From positions 2,074-66,073 of the forward strand of contig JAWKQS010000041.1 of NCBI GenBank assembly GCA_041389985.1: a stretch of 64,000 nt of DNA. Reading direction: 5' to 3'. Both the position numbers and the translations under genes were made by a program. The notes beneath the pieces were generated by a model. The model ran no database searches. It saw only the letters and a program-made list of their open reading frames with translations, and was not told the DNA's origin. Positions 9,686 through 19,567 of this stretch are shown piece by piece; position 1 is the stretch's first letter; each line of letters starts with the position of its first letter. Source of the DNA: a bacterium. GTDB taxonomy: Bacteria > Myxococcota_A > Bradymonadia > UBA7976 > UBA1532.

Positions 9686-10645
9686 ATGGCCGAGATGATC
9701 ATCATCGAGTACCGCGAGAAGCGCCTGTACAGCCCCCGGCTGGGCGTCTACGTGCTCGTCTTCGAGATCACCTGCAAGGTCACCAACGACCTGTTCTTGC
9801 TGGCGCCGCGGCTGAAGATGGTGGACCTGCTGACGGGCATCCTGGCGCGCGCCCAGCAGCGGGTCGGCGAAGAGGACGGCTTCGCGTTCGACTTCGACCT
9901 CTACAACTACTACTTCATGTCCAACCACCTGCACCTGCTCCTCGGGGTGGTGGAGCTGGTGGACAAGAGCCTCCTCCTGGAGTGGGTCTGTCGCGAAATC
10001 GCGAAGCGAGTCAACAAGTTCCACGACCGGACGGGCCAGTGCCTCATCCCGAACCACGCCATCCAGGTCGTCTCGGAGGAGCACGCCCTGGACCGGATGC
10101 GCTACTTCATGGGCCAGGCGACCGCCGAGCTGAAGTCGAGGCACCCGGCCGACGACGTCTTCGCCTGCGCCAACCCCGCGCTGCTGCGGGGCGAGAAGCT
10201 GCGCGGCACCTTCGTCCGGGGTGACGGCCGCAGCGAAGAGCTCACCGTCCGCCTCGACCGCCTGCCCGGGCTCGGTGAGCTCTCCCCGAAGGAGCACAAG
10301 GCGCTGATGTGGGAGCTGGCCGACGGCATCGCCGCCGAAGCCCGCCCGCGGCGGAAGAAGGCCGGCCTGCCCGTGCCGGATCCGGAGGCGGTGCGCTATG
10401 TCGACCCGATGACGCGGCCGAAGGAGCGCAAGCGCAGCCCAGCGCCCGTCGTGCACGGCACGAAGGAGGACCAGGAAGCCTGGCGCGAACGCCACGCCGA
10501 GCTGAAGGCCGCGTACAAGGTCGCCCACATCGCCTACTGGAAGTGGCTGGAGGATCCGACGCAGCCGCTCATCCCGTTCCCGGCCTGCACCATCCCGCCG
10601 TCGCACGCGAGGAAGAAGCTCAGGCAGCGGGCCGAGAGCGGGTGA
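9686..10645 (+). CDS. Y1 HUH (IS200/RAYT-like) tyrosine transposase-domain protein with a long basic C-terminal extension
   Basis: The HUH motif is MSNHLHLLL, with a downstream ALDRMRYFMGQ segment as the candidate catalytic Tyr helix. Preceded by the most AT-rich stretch of the window (9584-9625). Confidence 0.6.
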   Translation: MAEMIIIEYREKRLYSPRLGVYVLVFEITCKVTNDLFLLAPRLKMVDLLTGILARAQQRVGEEDGFAFDFDLYNYYFMSNHLHLLLGVVELVDKSLLLEWVCREIAKRVNKFHDRTGQCLIPNHAIQVVSEEHALDRMRYFMGQATAELKSRHPADDVFACANPALLRGEKLRGTFVRGDGRSEELTVRLDRLPGLGELSPKEHKALMWELADGIAAEARPRRKKAGLPVPDPEAVRYVDPMTRPKERKRSPAPVVHGTKEDQEAWRERHAELKAAYKVAHIAYWKWLEDPTQPLIPFPACTIPPSHARKKLRQRAESG

Positions 10646-10945
10646 TTCGAACACAACTGCCTGAAATTACATGGGATGAGCGTCTGGGGTTGACGCCACG
10701 GGGTCGTGTGGGCGTCGAACGCGTCGGTCCGCCTGCCCAGGCCGCCGAACGCTCGCGATGGCCGTGCAACAGGCCCCAGCCCCAGGTGTGCCCCCAGGCA
10801 GCCACGCCTGGAGGAACTGCGTCCAGCCACACCGCCGCATTACACCCTCTCGGAGTCAAACCCCGTAGGCACGAAGGGCCGGGCACCCGACATCATTTCA
10901 GGCAGGGTGGCATTGTGCGCCCGCCAGTAGTCGAACCCGGTGCCG

Positions 10946-12808
10946 CTAGCGGCCCACGTCGCGTTGCCAGATCGCGGCCATGGTAGCGAGGGCGGCGAAG
11001 ACCGTGGCGCCGGCGATCTCGGTCACCAGCGTGGGCGAGAGGACCATGGCGATGGCGCCCATGAGCACCGGCAAGGCGGCGAGGGCGATGCGGCCGTGGG
11101 TAGCGACGCTCATGAGGGCGATGCCGCTGGCGTAGAGGACGAACTCGAGGGGCAGGGCCGACAGGAACTCGACCCCCGAGACCGCCAGGACGGCGCGAAA
11201 GGCGAAGCCGCTGACCAGCGTGAGCATGGTCATGGCGACGATGCGGCGGTTGATCTGGCTGGCCGCCAGGGCGCGGCGGCCGCGGTACAGGAAGAGGCCC
11301 GCGACGGTAATGAGCAGCAGCGAGTGGGGCAGGTACCAGGCCGGGCCGAGGGGGCCGTGGGCGACGTGGCGGGTCAGGACGCCGGCGACCATGGCCATGG
11401 CTCCCAGGGCGGCGCCCAGGCCGATGGCGACCCGGACCCGGGTGCGAGCGCCGACCTCCGGCGCGAGGTCGCGCTCCATGGCCCGCAACGCGGCCAGCTC
11501 GAGGGCGCGGGCGGTGGCCTCGGCGTGGGCCCGGGCGAGCTGGTTCTGCAACGCCGGGGCAGGCTCGGGCAGCTCGGCGTACAGCGCCTCGGCCGCCGCG
11601 GGGTGGTCGGCGTCGAGCTCGAAGGTGATCATCCGCTCGAGGGTGGTCTGCAAGCCCCGCCGCGCGGCGTCGTTGCCCGGCCACATCTGCAGCGCGTGCT
11701 CAAACCCGAAACGCGCCGCGCCGTAGTGTCGATAGATGCGCGCCGACTCCCGGGTCTGGGCGGCCAGGCACTCGACGAGCCGCCCCAGCCGCTGCTCGGC
11801 CTCCCGCGCGACCGCGATGCTGCCCAGGTTGCGCAGGTGCCGGGCGACGGCCAGCCGAAAGGCCTCCGCGTCCGGGAAGCGATCGGCCGGATCCCGCGCC
11901 ATGGCCCGGTGGCATATCTCGGCAAGATCGTGAGGGATTTCAGGGTCATAGACCGCCGGCTCGGCGCGGAAGGCCCGGAACATCGCGGCCTGCACCGTCC
12001 GCCCCTGGTGCGGGGGTTCGCCGGTCAGGAGCTCGTGCAGGACGGCCCCGAGCAGGAAGACATCCGTTCGGACGGTGATGGGGTTGCGCCCACCGCCGAC
12101 CATCTCCGGGGCCATGTAGCCCGGCGTGCCCGCCACCTGGGCGTCGTGCAGCTCGCCTTCGTCCAGGCGGACGGCGATGCCCCAGTCGAGCACGTACACG
12201 TCGCCGAACCGCCCGATCATGATGTTCTCGGGCTTCAGGTCGCGGTGCACGACCCCGCGAGTGTGGGCGTAGTGCACCGCCTTGGCGACCTGCATGAGGA
12301 TGTCGAGGTTCTTCTCGCGGGCTGTCTCGCCGGTGAAGGCCTCGGCGCGGTCGTCGGGGTGGTCGATGAACTGCCGCCAGGAGATGCCATCGATCCGCTT
12401 CATCACCAGCATCGGCTCGCCGTCGGCGGCCTGGCCGATGGTGTGCACGGGGATGATGTTGGGGTGCTCGAGGGCGCCCGTCAGGCGGGCCTCCCGCAGC
12501 AGGCGAGAGCGCGTCTCGGGGCTCGAGATCTCGCCGCGCAGGACCTTGACCGCCACCTCCCGCTCCAGCCCGCGCTGGTGGGCCAGGTGGACGACGGCCA
12601 TGCCCCCCTCGGCGAGGGGGCCGGTGACCTCGATCTCGCCCGAGGGCATCGCGGGCAGCAGCGACAGCTCTTCGCCAGCGCGGGTCGGGCGGTTGACCGA
12701 CTGCGGCACGATGGTGGCGGTGATGGTGTCCGACGTGCCGGCCACGCCCAGGCCCGCCCACAGGCGCACCAGCTCGTCGTTGCTGAGCTCGGCGGTCGGC
12801 GTCGTCAC
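10946..12808 (-). CDS. Ser/Thr protein kinase with a C-terminal multi-pass membrane domain
   Basis: Hanks motifs are VAVKVL, HRDLKPENIM, DWG (a DFG variant) and GTPGYMAPE. The C-terminal third is hydrophobic helices. Confidence 0.9.
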   Translation of the reverse strand: MTTPTAELSNDELVRLWAGLGVAGTSDTITATIVPQSVNRPTRAGEELSLLPAMPSGEIEVTGPLAEGGMAVVHLAHQRGLEREVAVKVLRGEISSPETRSRLLREARLTGALEHPNIIPVHTIGQAADGEPMLVMKRIDGISWRQFIDHPDDRAEAFTGETAREKNLDILMQVAKAVHYAHTRGVVHRDLKPENIMIGRFGDVYVLDWGIAVRLDEGELHDAQVAGTPGYMAPEMVGGGRNPITVRTDVFLLGAVLHELLTGEPPHQGRTVQAAMFRAFRAEPAVYDPEIPHDLAEICHRAMARDPADRFPDAEAFRLAVARHLRNLGSIAVAREAEQRLGRLVECLAAQTRESARIYRHYGAARFGFEHALQMWPGNDAARRGLQTTLERMITFELDADHPAAAEALYAELPEPAPALQNQLARAHAEATARALELAALRAMERDLAPEVGARTRVRVAIGLGAALGAMAMVAGVLTRHVAHGPLGPAWYLPHSLLLITVAGLFLYRGRRALAASQINRRIVAMTMLTLVSGFAFRAVLAVSGVEFLSALPLEFVLYASGIALMSVATHGRIALAALPVLMGAIAMVLSPTLVTEIAGATVFAALATMAAIWQRDVGR

Positions 12809-13701
12809 CTCGCCTCCGGGTAGAGCCGCCGGATCTCATGCCCCGGCCGCAGGTCGTGGACGCTGGTGTAGCGCCGGCTCAGGTCCAGCCGCAGGTACAC
12901 CTTGTCGCGATCGAACAGCCCATAGGAGGTCGAGAGGCAGATCTGGTCGGCGCCCGTCCTCTCCCAGCCCTCCCGCACGACGTCGTGCCCGAACGCCACG
13001 AACGCGTTGGGCCTCCCATCCAGGCTCGTCGCCCGCAGCAGCGCCTGGGCCTGGGCCGCCGTGGCGGACCGGCTCCAGAGCAGGGCGCCCAGCGTGCCGG
13101 CCTTGTACATGTCGTTGATGCGCAGGTGCGCATGGCCGGCGTAGTCGAGGCGCTCGAACGCGTCGAGATCCGGCTCCGTCGCGCCGGGCGAACCGTGGGT
13201 GAGCACCACGCCGCAGCGCCCCACCGCCAGCAGCGGGAACCGCCGCAGGAAGGCGTGCATCCGCTCGCGCTCGGGCCCCAGGGCGGCGTCCAGCACCGCC
13301 GCCTCGTCGGGGTAGAACTTCGGCACCACCGGCCCGCCGATGTGCGCGTGCTCGTGGTTGCCCAGCAGGCTGAACGCCCGCTCCGTCCGCGAGAACACCT
13401 CGAAGTCGAGGAGCAGGCGGGCCGACTCATCGGCGTAGGGCGTGCCCAGGTGGTCCGGCCAGGCGCCCGGCGCCAGCAGGTCGGGGCTCGGGCCGTGGAC
13501 CAGATCGCCCACGAAGGCCAGCACCGGGGCCCCGCCGGCGGCCCTCTCGGCCGCGTAGATGGCCTTCAAGGCTTCGTAATCCTTGAAGTTTCCCTGAAGG
13601 TCCGTGGCGACGAGCAGCGCCCCGGCGTCGGGCAGGCGCGCGACCTTGCGGTCGAAGCACCCGGGGAGCGCGCGTGGGGGGGTGGCTGCCATGGCCAGCA
13701 T
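12805..13701 (-). CDS. metallophosphoesterase (PPP/calcineurin-like phosphatase)
   Basis: GDLVHG and GNHEH motifs. ATG at 13701 (the track ORF extends spuriously to 14076). The stop overlaps the kinase start by 4 nt. Confidence 0.8.
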   Translation of the reverse strand: MLAMAATPPRALPGCFDRKVARLPDAGALLVATDLQGNFKDYEALKAIYAAERAAGGAPVLAFVGDLVHGPSPDLLAPGAWPDHLGTPYADESARLLLDFEVFSRTERAFSLLGNHEHAHIGGPVVPKFYPDEAAVLDAALGPERERMHAFLRRFPLLAVGRCGVVLTHGSPGATEPDLDAFERLDYAGHAHLRINDMYKAGTLGALLWSRSATAAQAQALLRATSLDGRPNAFVAFGHDVVREGWERTGADQICLSTSYGLFDRDKVYLRLDLSRRYTSVHDLRPGHEIRRLYPEAR

Positions 13702-13840
13702 GATGCGGGGCGGCCTGCGGGTTGGCCAGTGGAACCTGACCCCGGCGGCACCGGGCACGGTTCCGGTTGCACGTTGACGGGGCGGCCGGGGTTGGGACGG
13801 CTGGAGCCCCGGCGTTCGGGGCTGGAGAGAGGAGACGAGC

Positions 13841-15124
13841 ATGTCCAGCCACCCCACCCTTCGCGGCGTCCTTCGCCTGTGCCTGGCCCTGATCCTGGGC
13901 CTCGGCGGCGCCGTCGCGCTGCCCACCGAGGCCGACGCCGGCGTCTTCAAGAAGCTCAAGAAGGCCGTCAGCCAGCCCGCTCGCACGATCGAGAAGAGCA
14001 GCGACAAGAGCATCGAGAGAGCCCGCAAGCAGCTCAAGAAGGCCGGCCAGGAGGTCGACGCGGCCACGGGCCTCATCGCCGACGCGGTGGAGGAGGCCTA
14101 CGACTACACCGACGCCGAGCTCAACGCAGCGCTGCGCTACACAGAGCGCGAGTTCGAGAAGATCGCCGCGACCGTCGAGGACCTCGCCGCCGCCGCCGCC
14201 CAGGCCCTGTACCGGCGGATCTACGAGCAGCACCTGAAGGACTACACCGACCTGCTGGCCAGCCTCGCCACCCGGCTGCCGGAGCTGACCGACCGCATCG
14301 AGACCATCGCCCTGCACCTCGCCCGCGGCAACTTCGTCAAGGCCGAGGAGCTCGCCCGCGAGCTGCGTGACGCCAAGGTCTTGCAGCCCGTCATCGAGAA
14401 GGCCCACGCCCTCTTCGGCACCTCGCTGGTCATTACGGTCGACGGCGACGTCGCCGGCCGCCTGCCGGGCGCGGGGGTCAAGCCCTCCGTGAACTGGAAC
14501 AACGCCTTCGGCATCGCCATCAACCTCGATGCCAGGGAGGACCAGAAGGCCGTGATCTTCGGGACCACCGGCGCGGCCGCCGGCGCCAACCTCACCACCG
14601 ACCCGACGAACGTCGGCGGCCTCGACATCGGCGCCAGCATCGGCTTCTCGGCGGGCAAGCCCGCCAACGTGAAGGGCGCCGCCATCGACGTGAGCGGCTC
14701 CGTCGGCATCAACACCTGGAGCGGCACCGTCAGCATGGGCCTGCCCGTCAACGCCCGGGGCGTCGGCAAGCCCAACAGCCTCCTGGTCGGCGTCCGCCGC
14801 GGCGTGCCCTTCAAGAGCCAGCCTGGCCTCAACGGCGACGTCACCGTCGGCGCCAGCTACACCGGCGTGATCGACCGCATCGCGAAGGAGCGGCGGTGCG
14901 GCCCAGGCCCGGGTCCGCTATCCTCCCCGCCGGCCGCGACGGCGCGGCGGGGGAGTGCGGCATGGAGAGCGACCTCGAGATCGCCCGGCGGGCGCGGCTG
15001 CGGCCCATCCTGGATGTGGCGGCGGAGCTGGGCCTGGGGCCGGCGGATGTGCGGCCCCACGGCCACGACAAGGCCAAGATCGAGCTGGGGGCGGCGGCGG
15101 ACGCGCCCATGGACGGCCGGCTGA
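13841..15124 (+). CDS. secreted hypothetical protein (helical N-half, beta-rich Gly/Ala/Val C-half); 3' end uncertain
   Basis: The signal peptide is [23 protein letters not shown]. Coding quality is good to about 14890. The last ~75 codons overlap fhs and look non-coding. Confidence 0.5.
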   Translation: MSSHPTLRGVLRLCLALILGLGGAVALPTEADAGVFKKLKKAVSQPARTIEKSSDKSIERARKQLKKAGQEVDAATGLIADAVEEAYDYTDAELNAALRYTEREFEKIAATVEDLAAAAAQALYRRIYEQHLKDYTDLLASLATRLPELTDRIETIALHLARGNFVKAEELARELRDAKVLQPVIEKAHALFGTSLVITVDGDVAGRLPGAGVKPSVNWNNAFGIAINLDAREDQKAVIFGTTGAAAGANLTTDPTNVGGLDIGASIGFSAGKPANVKGAAIDVSGSVGINTWSGTVSMGLPVNARGVGKPNSLLVGVRRGVPFKSQPGLNGDVTVGASYTGVIDRIAKERRCGPGPGPLSSPPAATARRGSAAWRATSRSPGGRGCGPSWMWRRSWAWGRRMCGPTATTRPRSSWGRRRTRPWTAG

Positions 15125-16621
15125 TCCTGGTGTCGGCCATGTCGCCGACGCCGGCGGGGGAGGGGAAGACCACCGTCACGGTGGGGCTGGGCCAGGCCCT
15201 CGGGCGGCTCGGCGCCAGGGCCCTGGTGGCGATCCGCGAGCCGTCCCTGGGGCCCGTGCTGGGGCTGAAGGGCGGAGCGGCGGGCGGCGGGCACGCGCAG
15301 GTCGTGCCGATGGAGTCCATCAACCTGCACTTCACGGGCGATCTGCACGCCATCACCTGCGCCCACAACGTGCTGGCGGCCCTGGTGGACAACGCCCTGC
15401 ACTTCCGCGAGGGCGCTGGATCCGCGGCGGGTGACCTGGCGGCGGGTGCTGGACGTGAACGATCGCGCCCTGCGGCAGGTGACGGTGGGCCTGGGCGGCG
15501 CGAGCCAGGGGGTGCCCCGGGAGACGGGCTTCGACATCACGGCGGCCAGCGAGGTGATGGCGGTGTTCTGCCTCGCCCGCGACCGGGCGGATCTGCGCGC
15601 ACGCCTGGCGCGCATCGTGGTGGGCGAGACCTATGATCGCCAGCCGGTGACGGCGGGGGATCTGGGGGCCGACGGCCCCATGGCGGCCCTGCTCGACGAG
15701 GCCCTGGCCCCCAACCTGGTGCAGACGCTGGAGGGCACGCCCGCCCTCGTCCACGGCGGGCCGTTCGCCAACATCGCCCATGGCACCAACAGCATCATCG
15801 CCACCCGCATGGGGCTGCGCCTGGCCGACTACGTGGTGACGGAGGCCGGCTTCGGCTTCGATCTGGGGGCCGAGAAGTACTTCGACATCGTGTGCCGCAC
15901 GGCTGGCTTCGCCCCCTCGGCGGTGGTGATCGTGGCCACCGCCCGGGCCCTCAAGCTGCACGGCGGGGCGCGGCTGGCCGACCTGAAGCAGTGTGATCTC
16001 GCGGCCTTGCGGCGCGGGCTGGCCAACCTGGACGCCCACCTGGCCACGGCGCGGGCGTTCGGGGTGCCGGCCGTCGTGGCCATCAACAAGTTCGCGACGG
16101 ATGATCCCGCCGAGCTGGCCGCCATCCGCGCCCACTGCGCGGACCTGGACCAGCCCGCCGAGGAGGTGGACGTCTTCGCCCGTGGGGGCGAGGGGGGCCT
16201 GGCCCTGGCCCGTCGCGTCAAGGCGCTGGCCGACGGCCACACCACCGGCTACACGCCGCTGTACGATCTGGCCCTCCCCCCCATCGAGAAGATCCGCGCC
16301 ATCGCGACGCAGGCCTACGGGGCCGCCGACGTGCACCTGACCCCCGAGGCCGCCCGCAAGCTGGCCCGCGCGGTGGAGCAGGGCTTCGGCGGCCTGCCGG
16401 TGTGCATGGCCAAGACCGAGAAGTCGCTGACGGATGATCCCAGGGTGCTGGGGCGCCCCACGGGGTTCACGCTGACGGTGCGGGACATCGTGATCAGCGC
16501 GGGGGCGGGCTTCATCGTCGCGCTGACGGGCGATCTGCTGCGGATGCCCGGCCTGCCGCGCCACCCGGCGGGGTTGTCGCTGGGGGTGGACGCCGACGGC
16601 CAGATCGTCGGGCTCGCCTGA
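14962..16621 (+). CDS. fhs: formate--tetrahydrofolate ligase, interrupted by a frameshift near 15405-15420
   Basis: The N-part (frame of ORF 14896) has [11 protein letters not shown] and [15 protein letters not shown]...ALVDNALHF. The C-part (frame of ORF 15431) starts [21 protein letters not shown] and continues full length to the GLPxxPA end. Confidence 0.85.
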
Positions 16622-16688
16622 TCGCGGAGCGTCGACATCCGGGGCCGGCGGTGCCACCCTGGGGCGTCACCCACGCGCCGGAGCGCCC

Positions 16689-17159
16689 ATGCTCGCCCCC
16701 TTGCTCGCGCTCAGCGTCGCCCTGCTCGCCCCGGCTCCCGGGGTCGAGGAGGCGGCCCGGACCCTCGACGCCTTCCACGCAGCGGCGGCCCGGGCCGATG
16801 AGGCGGCCTACTTCGGCCTCTTCGATCCCGACGGGGTGTTCGTCGGCACCGACGCGACCGAGGTGTGGTCGGTGGAGGCGTTTCGGGCCTACGCCCACCC
16901 CTTCTTCGCGAAGGGGAAGGCGTGGACGATGGTCCCCGACGCGGCCGGCCGGCGCATCCGCCTGGCGGCCGACGGCAAGACGGCGTGGTTCTACGAGCCG
17001 CTGGCCCACGAGAAGTACGGCGCCCTGCGGGGTAGCGGCGCCCTCGTCCGCGGCCCGGACGGCGGGTTTCGGGTGGCCCAGTACATCCTGAGCTTCGCGG
17101 TGCCCAACGATCGCGCCGACGCGGTCATCCAGGCCGTGTCGCTCCCGGCCGCGCCGTAG
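16689..17159 (+). CDS. secreted NTF2/SnoaL-like fold protein (hypothetical)
   Basis: Signal peptide MLAPLLALSVALLAPAPG. The LDAFHAAAARADEAAYFGLFDPDGVFVGTD pattern is typical of DUF4440/SnoaL-like proteins. Confidence 0.5.
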   Translation: MLAPLLALSVALLAPAPGVEEAARTLDAFHAAAARADEAAYFGLFDPDGVFVGTDATEVWSVEAFRAYAHPFFAKGKAWTMVPDAAGRRIRLAADGKTAWFYEPLAHEKYGALRGSGALVRGPDGGFRVAQYILSFAVPNDRADAVIQAVSLPAAP

Positions 17160-17171
17160 GCTGGCCCTGGC

Positions 17172-18566
17172 GTGCTCTTCCACTCGCCCACCTTCTTCGT
17201 CTTCTTCGCGGTGGTCCTGCTGCTGTACCGGCGGCTGGGGCTCGCCGGCCAGAACCACCTGTCCCTGGTGGCCTCGTACATCTTCTTCGGCTGGTGGGAC
17301 TGGCGCTTCCTGGGCCTGCTGATCTTCTCGACGGCCGTCGACTTCTACGTCGCCCAGCGCATCGAGGCCACGGACGAGGCCCCGCGCCGCAAGCGGTGGC
17401 TCTGGGTCAGCCTCGCCACGAACCTGGGGTTGCTGGCCTTCTTCAAGTACACCGGGTTCTTCGTGGACTCGGCCGTCGACCTGCTGCTCGCCCTGGGCCT
17501 GCAGCCCCACCGGCCCGTGCTGGGCATCCTGCTGCCCATCGGCATCAGCTTCTACACCTTCCAGACGATGGCCTACACCATCGACGTCTACCGCCGGCAC
17601 ACCCGGGCCACCCGGGATCCGGTGGCGTTCGCGGTCTACGTGGCCTGGTTTCCCCAGCTCGTGGCGGGCCCCATCGAGCGCGCCGACCGGCTGCTGCCCC
17701 AGTTCAGCACGCGCCGCCTGCCGACGCGCCACCAGCTCGGGTCGGGCGCTTTGTTGATGCTGATCGGGTACTTCCGCAAGGTGGCCATCGCCGACACCGT
17801 CGCGCCCCACGTCGATCGCATCTTCAACGCTCCCGGCGGCGCCTCCAGCGTGGCCATCGCCCTGGGGGTCGTCCTCTTCGCCCTGCAGATCTACGGCGAC
17901 TTTGCCGGCTACTCCGACATCGCCCGCGGCGCCTCCCGCATGCTGGGGGTCGAGCTGATGCAGAACTTCGAGCACCCGTACTTCTCGACCAGCATCACCG
18001 AGTTCTGGCGGCGCTGGCATGTGTCCCTCTCGAGCTGGCTGCGCGACTACCTGTACATCCCCCTCGGCGGCAACCGGGGCGGCGCCTTCAAGACCTACCG
18101 CAACCTCATGCTGACCATGCTGCTGGGCGGCCTCTGGCACGGAGCCGGCTGGAACTTCGTCATCTGGGGCGGGCTGCACGGCGGGGCCCTGGCCGTGCAC
18201 AAGCGCTGGCGCGGCGGGCATGTGCCCCGGCCGGGCCGCCTGCGCCTCGTCCTGAGCTGGGCGGGCACCATGGCCCTCGTCTGCTTCGCCTGGATCTTCT
18301 TTCGGGCCCACACCCTCGACGAGGCGCTGGCCGTGCTGCGCGGCCTCTTCGCCTTCACCGGCGGGGTGCCCGGGAGCATGGCGCTGGTGGCGGTGGCCGC
18401 CGTGGCGGCCTTGCTGCTGATCGACGTGCCCCAGGTCCGCCGCGGTGAGCACGAGGCGATGCTGCGCTGGCCCTGGTGGCTGCGCGGCGCCGCCTACGCC
18501 GGCCTCGCCCTGGCCACGCTGCTGCTCTCGGGCAGCCCCTCACCCTTCATCTACTTCCAGTTCTGA
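17172..18566 (+). CDS. MBOAT-family membrane O-acyltransferase (AlgI/DltB-like)
   Basis: 464 aa and multi-pass. Conserved blocks are [31 protein letters not shown] and LLGGLWHG (catalytic His region). Confidence 0.9.
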   Translation: [464 protein letters not shown]

Positions 18567-19567
18567 TGCCGACCGCCGCCCGCCTCCGATCTCTCCTGCG
18601 CGGCAAGGCGGCTCGCCTCTGCCTCGCGATCTTGCTCCTGGTCGAGCTGGGCGTGGCCCGCCCCGACTGGCTCTGGAAGCTGGTGCCCCGCAGCGGGGCC
18701 GGCATCATCGACGTGCTGGAGGCCCGCGTCATCGCCCACGCGGACGCGCCCCGGATCGTCGTGCTGGGCTCCAGCCGCGTGCGCGACGCCCTGTCGCCCC
18801 GGGATCTGGAGCGGGCGCTGGGCTTGTCCACCGGCGCCGTCTTGAACCTGGCGCTGACCTCCGGCACCCCGTTCGACGCCCTCACGCTCTACCGCCGAAA
18901 CCGCGCAACTCTGCGGAAGGCAAAGTTTTTGCTCGTGGGCGTCGAGGACTGGTACCTCAACGGCGCCATGGTCCCGACCGAGCGGGACCGCCGCTTCGCC
19001 ACCCTCGCCGAGCGGTGGGGGGACTGGGATGGCGAGCTGCGGCTGTCGCTCCTGCTGGGCTTCGTCTGGCGCACCTACGACGCGCGGGACGTCATCCGCG
19101 AGACGCTCCAGGCCGTCGCGCGGCGCGGGGTGCGGGACGTGCCCCTGGGGCCCGACGGCCGCCTGCGCTGGCGGGCGGATGATCCCCAGACGGGCCCGGT
19201 GGACGTGGACGTGGTGACGGAGCTGGACGGCTTCTTCCGCGAGGATCGGCCGGGGCAGGGGCGCGTGGCCCAGCTCGACCGCCTCATCGCCCTCGCCCGC
19301 GCCGACGGCGTCGAGGTGCGGCTCTTGCGCGTGCCCTGGCGCGACGCCTACCTGGACGCCCGCCGCACGCGCCACCCCGCCGCCGACGCCCGCTGGCGGG
19401 CCTACGTCGACGGCCTCTCCCCCCCGGCGCTGGGGGCCGAGCGCGCCTCCGCCATCGGGCTCTTGCCCACCGACTTCGTGGACTACGGCCACCTGGCCGG
19501 CCGGGGGGCGACGCTGTTCGCGAGCCTCGTGGCGGACCAGGTACGGGCGGCCGGCCTCGCCCCGTAG
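18566..19567 (+). CDS. MBOAT-associated membrane-anchored accessory protein (SGNH/DltD/AlgX-like, tentative)
   Basis: The ATG overlaps the MBOAT stop (TGATG). It has an N-terminal anchor and a VVLGSSRVRD block resembling SGNH block I. No other strong motif. Confidence 0.5.
   Translation: MPTAARLRSLLRGKAARLCLAILLLVELGVARPDWLWKLVPRSGAGIIDVLEARVIAHADAPRIVVLGSSRVRDALSPRDLERALGLSTGAVLNLALTSGTPFDALTLYRRNRATLRKAKFLLVGVEDWYLNGAMVPTERDRRFATLAERWGDWDGELRLSLLLGFVWRTYDARDVIRETLQAVARRGVRDVPLGPDGRLRWRADDPQTGPVDVDVVTELDGFFREDRPGQGRVAQLDRLIALARADGVEVRLLRVPWRDAYLDARRTRHPAADARWRAYVDGLSPPALGAERASAIGLLPTDFVDYGHLAGRGATLFASLVADQVRAAGLAP

Noticed and set aside
10641-10720. tRNA-like GATTCGAAC (reverse complement of a T-loop-like GTTCGAATC) after the transposase-like gene
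   Set aside because: The flanking bases give only about a 3-bp T-stem. No acceptor or anticodon stems can be drawn. It is better explained as part of the TCAGGCA...TTCGAA flanking motif.
10940-12823. 627-aa plus-strand ORF
   Set aside because: Antisense to the Ser/Thr kinase, which has all the Hanks motifs. No start context or motifs of its own.
12805-14076. 423-aa version of the phosphoesterase ORF
   Set aside because: The first 125 codons overlap the divergent gene at 13841 and look non-coding. The ATG at 13701 gives a normal-length enzyme starting just before the GDxHG block.
13841-15124. Genuine 160-nt overlap between the secreted protein gene and fhs
   Set aside because: The overlapping tail ([22 protein letters not shown]...) has a non-coding-like composition. 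More likely the true stop is missing because of an indel, or the ORF simply reads through.
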